Of a stretch of 64,000 bases of DNA, positions 23,940-33,925 are shown in pieces; within the stretch, counting starts at the first letter, position 1, and each line of letters starts with the position of its first letter. The notes below the pieces were generated by a model, which saw only the letters and a list, made by a program, of their open reading frames with translations, did no database searches and was not told the origin of the DNA. The DNA is from Chiloscyllium plagiosum (lineage: Eukaryota). The stretch is from positions 74,955,106 to 75,019,105 of the forward strand of contig NC_057719.1 of the NCBI RefSeq assembly GCF_004010195.1, given 5' to 3'. The position numbers and the translations under genes were made by a program.

Positions 23940-25072
23940 TGACCAACTCACCAGCATCAGCTGGCCAATCCACCCCGCCCTCAAATTCACTTAGTCCATC
24001 TCAGACACCTCCTTGCCCTTTATTGACCTCTCCATTTCCATCTCCAGTGACATTCTCCAGACGGATATTTACTATATACCCACAGAGTCCCATAACTGCA
24101 TGGACTACACCACTTCCTACCCAATATCCTGCAAGATCTCCACCCCTTTCTCCCAATTCCTCCACCTGCGCTGCATCTGCTCGGATGAGGAGATATTCCA
24201 CTCCCAAGCATCCCAGATGTCCACCTACTTTGAACAATGTGCTTTCCCTCCTCTGTCACCCAGACAGACTTTTGCCGCACCACCTCCATTCCCCATTCCC
24301 CTGCTCTAAACCAAAACCCCCACGTAATAAAGACAAATATCTTCCCCTGCAACCGGAAAAGATGTAAAGCCTGCAAGTGCATCACCCCTCTCATCTTCAT
24401 CCAAGGCCCCAAACAGTCCTTCCGGGTGAGACAGAGGTTCACCTGCCTCTCTTCCAACTGAGTTTACTGCATCAGGTGCTGCTGGTGTGGTCTTCTCTAC
24501 ATCGGGGAGACCAAATGTAAACTTAGGGGACGGCTCACCGACCATCTCAGCCGGGCCCACGGGGGCTGTCACCGCCTACTTCAATTCCCCAGCCAATTTC
24601 CTTTCCAACATGACCATCTTTGGCTCCATCCATTGCCACAGTGAATCAGACCACAAATTGGAGGAACAACACCTCATCTTCTGCCTGGGCAGCTTATAGC
24701 CCGGAGGACTCAGCATTGACTTCTCCATTTTCAAATAACCTCCGTCCCCCAACTTCCTTTCCAGCCCTTCCCAGCCCCTCTCCCTCCCTTCCCGGCTCCT
24801 CCCCCTTCCTTCCATTCCTCTGATCGACCCTTCCTTCTAGCTACCAACCGGATTCATTCCTTTTTTCGACCAACCAGGTCGTACACTGTATCCGTCTTCA
24901 CCTGTCCCTACCTTACCGTCCAACCCCTATCACCTCCACACCCCCTTCCTTTATCTGCAGCTCCCCTTACCCCACTCCCAGTCCTGAAGAAGGGTTACAC
25001 CTGAAAACCTCACTTCTCCACCTCCTGATGCTGCCTTTCTTGCTGTGTTCTTCCAGCCTCCTGCCTGTCTAC
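23940..25072 (+). mobile_element. Penelope-like retroelement (Neptune-type), decayed RT C-terminus + GIY-YIG endonuclease + 3' terminus
   Basis: LPFIDLSISIS..LQTDIYYIPTESHNCMDYTTSYP..CK...PFSQFLHLRCICS; Cys-rich linker FPCNRKRCKAC; GIY-YIG region QRFTCLSSN*VYCIRCCWCGLLYIGETK; terminal CTGAAGAAGGGTTACACCTGAAA. Confidence 0.9.
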
Positions 25073-25254
25073 AACAGAAAGGAGGTGGCTGTTGCTGGTC
25101 GTGAACCCAGCGGAGGCCCAAGACCAGACCACATGTGAGGGAGGTTGGGATTATGGTGGAGGGGCGATAACAGCAAGGGTGGTATGGCTGGTAGTGGAGC
25201 CCCTCTTCCAATATCCTGGCCCTCTCTACCAGCTCTCTACCACCAACAGAGTGG

Positions 25255-25465
25255 TCATGATTTGGAGATGCCAGTGTTGGACTGGGGTGTACAAAGTTAA
25301 AAATCACACAACACCAGGTTATAGTCCAACAGGTTTAATTGGAAGCACACTAGCTTTCGGAGCGACGCTCCATACAATCACCTGAGGAAGGAGCGTCGCT
25401 CCGAAAGCGCGTGTGCTTCCAATTAAACCTGTTGGACTATAACCTGGTGTTGTGTGATTTTTAAC
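25255..25465. mobile_element. Short Penelope-derived element (family B), long inverted repeat with hammerhead-like motif
   Basis: Arms of about 75 bp (about 25296-25371 and 25390-25465); CACCTGAGGAAGGAGCGTCGCTCCGAAAGC; TSD-like ACCAACAGAGTG and ACCAATAGAATG. Confidence 0.82.
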
Positions 25466-25694
25466 CAATAGAATGAAATTTGTTGGGAGGCTGGAAGCAA
25501 CCACTCATGGGTGTGTTTGCCTTACTGTCTCCATGGTGAAACCCTCTCCCTGTCACTGTGTTCATGTTCATGGCAACAGAATCAAGTCCTCAAGTGGGAG
25601 AGATCATGCTTTCAGTGAAGCACAGGCAGGAAGTGGGTGGGGTTTTCACCCACTCCCCTGTCACCTGATTAAGTGTCTCTGCCCCAAAACACCT

Positions 25695-25994
25695 TTAGAT
25701 TAGATTACATTACATTACAGTGTGGAAACAGGCCCTTCGGCCCAACAAGTCCACACCGAGCCGCCGAAGCGCAACCCACCCATACCCCTACATTTACCCC
25801 TTACCTAACACTACGGACAATTTAGCATGGCCAATTCACCTGACCTGCACATCTTTGGACTGTGGGAGGAAACTGGAGCACCCGGAGGAAACCCACGCAG
25901 ACACGGGGAGAACGTGCAAACTCCACACAGTCAGTCGCCTGAGGCGGGAATTGAACCCAGGTCTCTGGCGCTGTGAGGCGGTGTGCCACCGTGC
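25695..25994 (-). mobile_element. HE1-like V-SINE, young subfamily ((TTAGA)n tail on + strand)
   Basis: Nearly identical to 55707-56020 and to the reverse complement of 51091-51416. Confidence 0.9.
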
Positions 25995-27374
25995 ATTGTT
26001 GGTGTATGTAGAAAAGGTATTAAATCCGCCATTGATTTAACTTCAGTCATACTGAAATAAAAAAACGCACTAATAGAGTTACTCACTCAACTGCCAAGCA
26101 CAGCGATAATAACAGGAACTTGTTGGGATACTTATCAGAATCTTGCTGTTTCTAAAATGCAAGTTCAGTGTTTTTTCGCAATAGCAAACATACCCTGTGA
26201 CCTCTTGGATAGAAACTGGCAATTTGATGCTGATTTATAGATACATTTCTGCTATGATTTCACCCCCATGGGGAAATTGGTTGTAACTAGTTGCAGCCAC
26301 TTTGTACAGGTCTAAGAGTCAGCATGGATAGGAGACTTCCTGTCGTGGCATGTGTCTAGGTCCGATCTGATCCAAACTCTTGGAGGTGAAAGAATTGTCT
26401 AATCTGCTGCAACGACAAGTCTTACAGTCTTTTGGCAAAAGAGAAGCAGATCTTTTCTCTTTGGAGAGCTTTTGCGGCATGGGACATAGCTCCGTCATGT
26501 CTAAAACATCATAAACTGTTCAGAAATGTTTCTTCTAAATCAGCAGCAGATTGATTACTGATAGACTCAGCTAATGATGGTTATGGAGCCCAATGTTTGC
26601 ACAGGCCTTCAAGAGTTGGAGTGAGCGTGGGCAAGGCAGCCTGAACATAAGGCTGACTTACTTGGAACCCTGGAGAGATCATGCTTTATTCTGGAAATAG
26701 TTTGGAAACATTATGAAATGAAACAGCTCTTTTTTTCTGAGCTGGGGTGCATTGGGTTTTACAGAAATGGGGACATTTCCTCCTAAGGCAATCAATCGCA
26801 TGTTACTGCATTCTTATTGCCTCTAATCTTCCCCCTAAGCTGTAAATATTCTACCCTCCATGATTTCTTTCTTCCTCCCTTGGTGCAGAATCGAGGTGAG
26901 GTTTCTAACACTTACCAGATACCAACTGCCCCCTCCCCAACCTCAGCATGTCCTACTAGTCATTAATTCAAGCAAACATCAAGAGACTGCCTCCTTGAGT
27001 CTGCGATCCTTGAGTCTGTGTTCGGCCCCTGTGTTCGGTCTCCAAGTCTGTGCACTTTTTGGCTTGGCCTTCAGACTTGGCTTTCTCCAGTCCCCTTCCT
27101 GCCAAATCAGCCACATCTTGAGATTGACCCACCCCACTACAGTGGGCCAAAGCTCATCTCACCAATCGCCTTCCCTCCTCGGCTCATGCCTGTTGGAATT
27201 ATAAGTCAGTTCACTGACCTCGGTTTGCACTCTTTTATTCCCAAGATCTCAAACTTATGGCCTCAATTCTCCTGTTCATTTCTTCTCCTGAAGACAACAG
27301 CTTTTGTAACCTAGTTTTCTGCTTCCTTCTTGATACAACTTAACTTGGACTCAAGGCAGTCTGAGAGATGGTCC

Positions 27375-27890
27375 TATTAGGAAAGATGTTGTTAAACTTA
27401 AAAGGATTCAGAAAAGTTTTACGAGGATGTTGCCAGGGCTGGAGGGTTTGAGTTACAGGGAGATGCTGAATAGGCTGAGGCTGTTTTCCCTGAAGTATTG
27501 AAGGCTGAGCGGTGACCTTATAAGAGTTTATAAAATCATGGGGGATATGGATAGGGTGAATAGTCAAGGTCTTTTCCCCAGGATAGGGGAGTCCAAAACT
27601 AGAGGGCATAAGTTTAAGTTGAAAGGGGAAAGATATAAAAGGGACCTAAGTGGTAACTTTGTCACGCAGAGGTTGTATGAAGTGAGCTGCCATAGGAAGT
27701 GGCGGAGGCTGGTACAATTACAACATTTAAAAGGCATCTGGATGGGTATATAAATAGGAAGGGTTTGGAGGGATATGGGCCGGGTGCTGGCAAATGGGAC
27801 TAGATTAGGTTAGGATATCTGGTTGGCATGGATGAGTGAAACCTAAGTATCTGTTTCCGAGCTGTACATCTCTATGACTCTAACTCTATC
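27375..27890 (+). mobile_element. CR1/HER1-like LINE 3' fragment
   Basis: DRVNSQGLFPRIGESKTRGHKFK; TCTATGACTCT tail. Confidence 0.85.
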
Positions 27891-28297
27891 TCCAGTTGGC
27901 CTTCATTCAGTTTCACAGTTACTCTCAGATTTCTGACCAATGTTAGACAGCTGACATGTGCATTCAAGCAATGCATTCTTGGTCAGGGTCACTAATGAGA
28001 AAATCCAAAAATTCCACATTTTATTTTCAAATTCTGTTACTACCGTCTTGAAAAGACTTGTATGCCATTTCACGTGCTTACAATCTAGCTCCAACAAACA
28101 CAATGATTTTACGATTTACTTTATTTTCATAGTTACCATTCTCCATTTTAGGTAAGGTTTTGGAAACAATAGCTGGGGGCAAAAAGCAACGTGGAACTTG
28201 GAGAGTTTTGAGTTAGTTAACCTGGGCCAGCCCAGATTTGTAAAACAGATCGTGTTTGAACAATGAATTCGAATATTTTGGAGATGCAGCAGACTGT

Positions 28298-28755
28298 AGG
28301 AAGCATGTTATTAAATTGGAAGCGATTCAGAAAAGATTGACCAGGATGTTATCGGGACTAGAAGGTTTGAGTTATAAGGAGAGGCTATATATAGGCTGAG
28401 ACTGGAGCATCAGAGGTTGAAGGGTGACCTTATAGAGGTTTGTAAATCATGAAGTACATAGATAAGAGGAATAGCAAGGGTGTTTTCCCCGGGTAGGGGA
28501 GTTCAAAACTAGGGGGCATATTTTTAAGGTGAGAGGAGAATGTTTTAAAAAGAGCAACTTTTTTTACACAGACAGTGGTTCGAATGTGGAATGAACTTTC
28601 AGGGCTCCAGCTACAATGTTTAAAAGACGTTTGGATAAATACACGAATAGGAAATGTTTGGAGGTATATTGGCCAAGCACAGGCAGGTGAGACTAGGAAC
28701 ATGGTTGGTGTGGACTGAGTTGGACAAAGGGTCTGTTTCCCTGTTGTGTGACTGT
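28298..28755 (+). mobile_element. CR1/HER1-like LINE 3' fragment
   Basis: GGTGACCTTATAGAGGTT...AAAACTAGGGGGCATA...GGGTCTGTTTCC. Confidence 0.8.
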
Positions 28756-28799
28756 TGAAGAAGGGATTATGATATACGTTTGATTCTGAATTTGATGGA

Positions 28800-29470
28800 A
28801 GTGTTTATCAAAGTAGCGTGTAAAAGGCTGGTGAAGAAAACAAATTGGGGCTCATGGACAGAAGGGCCAGTGTTAAACATTTGTCTGAAGCCCAGTGAGC
28901 TATGGTAAGTGGTTGAATTTAGCGACTGGAGGATGGAAAACAGTGTGTTCCCCAAGGTCCAGTTCTAGGTTCATGTTATTTTGCTATGTGAGTATTTATG
29001 GTGACTTGGATTTTGGAACATTGAGTTAGATATCAAAATTTGCTCAAGATACGAAAGAGGTGTGATACAAATAATGAGATGATCCCAACTGACTGCAACA
29101 GGGCACGGGGAGGCCAGCAGAATGGGCAGACAAGTGGCACATAGTTGTGAGGTGATGTATTTTTGTAGAAGGAGAGGGGAGAACCAGTTTGGAACCAATG
29201 GCACATTTCCAAAAGTGTGTCAGGACAGAGGCACCTGAGAGTCCATGTACAGAGTTCCTTAAAGATGCGGGAACATAGTGAGGGATGAGCTAGCAAAGCT
29301 GATGGGTTCGTCGGCTTTCAAAATGAGAGATGTGAAGTTCTGCTGAACCTTGATAAAGCTCTCTTCAAACCAAAGCGAGAGAATTACATCCAGTTGTGGT
29401 CATTGCACTTTAGTAAAGATGTGATAGTGTTTGAGAAGGTGTAGAAGAGATTTGCCAGAATGGCTTCAGA
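28800..29470 (+). mobile_element. Old CR1 RT-region remnant
   Basis: Degenerate GTGTTCCCCAAGGTCCAGTTCTAGG (GVPQG.VLG) and AAAGATGTGATAGTGTTTGAGAAGGTGTAGAAGAGATT. Confidence 0.6.
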
Positions 29471-29479
29471 TGTCAGAGT

Positions 29480-29602
29480 TTTTTTTCAGATATTTTCTAA
29501 TCAACCTGCTCAGGGATGTTAATACACACAAACACACCTCTGGAGCAGGTGGGGACTCAAACCCAGACGTCCTGATCCAGAGATAGGGACAATGCCACTG
29601 CA
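29480..29602 (-). mobile_element. Very short tRNA-derived SINE-like element split by the young CR1 (resumes at about 30988)
   Basis: Homologous to 19118-19240; GCCACTGCA|CR1|CCACAAGA rebuilds ACTGCACCACAAGA. Confidence 0.55.
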
Positions 29603-30987
29603 TCCCAGGGTACTGAAGAAGGTGTCTCGGGAAATCGTGGATGCGTGGGTGATTATTTTCCAGAGTTCAATAGATTCGGGGTCGGTTCCTGAGGATTGGA
29701 AGGTGGCAAATGTTATACCACTTTTTAAGAAAGGTGGGCGAGAGAAAGCAGGTAATTATAGACCAGTTAGTCTGACCTCAGTGGTGGGAAAGATACTGGA
29801 GTCTATTATAAAAGATGAAATTACTGCACATCTTTATAGTAGTAACAGGATAGGACAGAGTCAGCATGGATTTATGAAGGAGAAATCATGCTTGACTAAT
29901 CTTCTTGAATTTTTTGAGATTGTAACTATGAAGTTGGACGAGGGAAACCCAGTAGATGTAGTGTACCTGGACTTTCAGAAAGCTTTTGATAAAGTCCCAC
30001 ACAGAAGGTTAGTGAGTAAAATTAGGGCGCATGGTATTGGGGGCAAAGTACTAGATTGGATTGAAAATTGATTGGCTNNNNNNNNNNNNNNNNNNNNNNN
30101 NNNNNNNNNNNNNNNNNNNNNNNNNNNNNNNNNNNNNNNNNNNNNNNNNNNNNNNNNNNNNNNNNNNNNNNNNNNNNNNNNNNNNNNNNNNNNNNNNNNN
30201 NNNNNNNNNNNNNNNNNNNNNNNNNNNNNNNNNNNNNNNNNNNNNNNNNNNNNNNNNNNNNNNNNNNNNNNNNNNNNNNNNNNNNNNNNNNNNNNNNNNN
30301 NNNNNNNNNNNNNNNNNNNNNNNNNNNNNNNNNNNNNNNNNNNNNNNNNNNNNNNNNNNNNNNNNNNNNNNNNNNNNNNNNNNNNNNNNNNNNNNNNNNN
30401 NNNNNNNNNNNNNNNNNNNNNNNNNNNNNNNNNNNNNNNNNNNNNNNNNNNNNNNNNNNNNNNNNNNNNNNNNNNNNNNNNNNNNNNNNNNNNNNNNNNN
30501 NNNNNNNNNNNNNNNNNNNNNNNNNNNNNNNNNNNNNNNNNNNNNNNNNNNNNNNNNNNNNNNNNNNNNNNNNNNNNNNNNNNNNNNNNNNNNNNNNNNN
30601 NNNNNNNNNNNNNNNNNNNNNNNNNNNNNNNNNNNNNNNNNNNNNNNNNNNNNNNNNNNNNNNNNNNNNNNNNNNNNNNNNNNNNNNNNNNNNNNNNNNN
30701 NNNNNNNNNNNNNNNNNNNNNNNNNNNNNNNNNNNNNNNNNNNNNNNNNNNNNNNNNNNNNNNNNNNNNNNNNNNNNNNNNNNNNNNNNNNNNNNNNNNN
30801 NNNNNNNNNNNNNNNNNNNNNNNNNNNNNNNNNNNNNNNNNNNNNNNNNNNNNNNNNNNNNNNNNNNNNNNNNNNNNNNNNNNNNNNNNNNNNNNNNNNN
30901 NNNNNNNNNNNNNATATTGAATGGCGGTGCAGGCTCGAAGGGCTGAATGGCCTACTCCTGCACCTATTGTCTATTGTCTATTGTCTA
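29600..30987 (+). mobile_element. Young 5'-truncated CR1 LINE with open RT frame, spanning the assembly gap
   Basis: Uninterrupted ORF: HPRVLK..PEDWKVANVIPLFKKG..GNYRPVSLTSVVGKILE..SQHGF..SCLTNLLEFF..VDVVYLDFQKAFDKVPH; after the gap a 3'UTR with (CTATTGT)n tail. Confidence 0.92.
30078..30913. other. Assembly gap (836 N)
   Basis: Run of N inside a CR1 copy. Confidence 1.
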
Positions 30988-31089
30988 CCACAAGAATCTG
31001 GAGGCTTTTTTTATGTTTGTACCCAGAAGTACCCTTAAACACAACTGAATTTCTTTTCCTCACCATCAAATCACCTCACAGTTTTTTTT

Positions 31090-31426
31090 TCATAGAATCC
31101 CTACATAGAATCATATAGCCCTACAGTGTGCATACAGGCCCTTCAGCCCACCAAGTCCACACTGACTCTCCGAAAAGTAACCCACCCAAACCCATTCTTC
31201 TACATTTCCCCAACTAATGCCCCTAGCTTACACATCCCTGGACACTATGGGCAATTTAGCATGGCGAATCCATCTAACCTGCGCATCTTTGAATTGTGGG
31301 AGGAAACCCACACAGACACAGGGCATATGTGCAAATCCACACAGATAGTTGCCGAGGTTGGAATTGAACCTAGGTCCCTGGTGCTGTGAGGCAACAGTGC
31401 TAACCACTTAGCCACTGTGCCGCCCA
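31090..31426 (-). mobile_element. HE1-like V-SINE
   Basis: CATAGAATCCCTACA tail; GGAATTGAACCTAGGTCCCTGGTGCTGTGAGGC head. Confidence 0.85.
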
Positions 31427-33219
31427 GGTTGATCCATTAACCTCCACCAGTAAATCGCATCAGAGGTTTTAACTGCAAGACTAGATTAAGAAAAGCTGGT
31501 GTAATTCTCCTTCGACCAGGTTTGTTTAATGGGTAGTTTCATACCAGTGTATAAAACCAAGAGAGATTTGATTACAGAAACAAGACAAAGCTGTTCCAGT
31601 TAAATGATGGTACAAAGACTAGCGGATATCGATTTGATTAAGATTTTGGTTAACGGAGCTGTGAGTAAGAATTTGTTCATGAAGCAAATTATGACCAACA
31701 ACTCTCTGCCTGTGAGGCTGCTGGGAAGCAGAGATGATTAGTGATTTCACAAAGGTACTGCATGAGCTCTTGAAGGAAACAAGGGCTATGTAAGTAGCTC
31801 CTTCTCTGCTGTAATGAACTGATGATTCTGTAACATCCACTTAAATCCCTGTGCCAGCTCTGAAATGTGGTGACCAGAACTGTATACAGCTCTGTCACTA
31901 TGAACTAACTAATCAGTGCATTCTCCCCTGTCCTTACATTCTAACTAATAAATAAAGACAAGTATCCTGTGTGACTTCTTAACCAGTTGATTTACCTTTC
32001 CTGCAACAATCCTGGATCTTTGGCCCTGCACTCCGAGGTTCCTATAGTCCAGTTAATTGTGTATTTCCTCGCCTTGGTTGTCCTCCCCGAATGCATTGCC
32101 TCACACCTCTCCAGATTGAATTCCATTTGTCTCCGTCTGCCGAGCTCAGCAGGGAACAATCTCTTTCTGCACCTTTCAAATAGGTAATAGGCACCTCATT
32201 TCGGAGATCATTGATAATCAAGCAGGATTGTAAATCAGACTGAAACTCCGGGAGTCAGAGTGTAAAATACATTTGTACGGGACGTGCTAAGGTCGAGTGA
32301 ACATGTGTTACCAATTTATCAGAAAGAGTGCTCACCTTGCCAGGGTCTCCTATGACCTGTGAATGAATTGAAACAAAAGTGTGGGGGAGGGAAGGTGCCA
32401 AAAGACCATTGAACTATGCCCAGCCTTACAATACAGTTAAATAAACATTACGTTACAGTATTCGGTGTTGTGTAAATATCTCTGCATGACAAAACTGCAG
32501 TCGTCGCCTTTAATGTTCTTGTGAAATAATTTCCGGCATGGGATGGAAAGTTTGAGCAACGATGGAATTACATCATCCAGCATTAACAGGTTATGAAAAC
32601 CAAGCTCAAACTCACCAGAAGAGTCCTGGTGATTTTAGAGAACTGAACCTTAGGACTTAATGAAAATAAACCAGAATTGTTAACTACAATGTCAGTCTCC
32701 TCAAACGAACATTGGATTCTTTTGACTAAAGGGCAGGGTTGAGGTGATTATTTGGAAGCAGTAGTTTTTGTCGCTCTTTGTCTCTAATTATTCTTACCCT
32801 CTTTAAATTGACATGATATTTTTAAGCTGCTTAAGATTGGAAATGGAAAGTATTTGTTTCCAAATTTGCAGTTGGGTGACCACAATCATTTCTAGCATGT
32901 GTGCACCGGGAGAGGGCTCATTAGAGTAAGTTTCTGAACAGATCATTCCAGTTGGAAAATATGGAGTAGGATAGAGTAGCACAATTGAATAGCAACTGTT
33001 GCCTCGTCCTGATCATCTGCTTAACACGAGAGTCCTCAAAGCCGGCCTCTCATCACCGTGGTGACTCTTTGAACCCTTACAGGGACTTTTCAGGAGTCAT
33101 GGTCATCACTGGCATTCAGTTAAAATGGTGGCCCCTCTTCTTGCTTTATCTTCAGTCATTATGTTGAGGCTAAATCAGGGTTTTTGTCTTAGAGGACAGT
33201 CAATGTGGTCCATTATCTA

Positions 33220-33925
33220 AGAAGGGAACATAGTATATTGCAGTCAGTCCTACCTCAGTGGTGGGGAAACTATTGGGAGCAATTCCAAGGGAAAGATTTA
33301 ATCTGGATTTGGAGAGGCAAGGTGAAATAGCTTCATGGATGCCAATATTCCATCACCTTTAATTTATGCGTGCATAGTACATGGGCTCTGACCACCTTAG
33401 CTCAGAGCTAATCCCTAGAGCGAGGAGACGCTCTGAATTTCCTGTTTATATCTGTCAGCCAAGGCTCCCTGATTGGCCCAGGTTAATAGCCCCAGTCAAG
33501 GATCTCCTACTCAATGGCCAACTTTGTTCCAGTCACTATACAGGGATTAATCAAGAACAACCAGCACGGTTTTATTCAGGAGAGTTGTGTCTGACTAACC
33601 TGATTGAATTTTTTTAAAGAGGTAACCAGGCAGGTGAGGGCAATGCATTCAATGTAGTCTACTTCGGCCTCAGCAAGGCTTTTGTTAAAGTCCCAGATGG
33701 GAGACTGATAACAATGATAGGAGCCCATGGGATCCATGGAAATGTGATGAATTGTATCCAGAATTTAGATCGAACTTGCGGAGGCATACCAGGCTATGGA
33801 CCAAGTGTTGGAACATAGGATCAGACAGTGAGGTGCATGTTTTTGACAGGCACAGACCCAATGGATCAAAGGGCTTTTCATTTCTGTTGTAGACCTCTGT
33901 CACTGTATGACTATGACTCTGTGAC
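33220..33925 (+). mobile_element. Old CR1 RT-region remnant (host of a solo LTR)
   Basis: CCTCAGTGGTGGGGAAACTATTGG; CLTNLIEFF; AGCAAGGCTTTTGTTAAAGTCCC. Confidence 0.7.
33323..33542 (-). mobile_element. Putative solo LTR (about 220 bp)
   Basis: TG...CA termini; minus strand has CCAAT, TATAAA and ATTAAA in that order; interrupts a contiguous CR1 motif (GCAAGG|...|GGATTAATC). TSD is imperfect. Confidence 0.6.

Noticed and set aside
25296..25465. Long hairpin as pre-miRNA or DNA-transposon TIRs
   Set aside because: Asymmetric extension, long TSD-like flanks and the hammerhead motif fit an inverted Penelope terminus better.
30061..31038. Long poly-X ORFs
   Set aside because: Artefacts of the N gap.
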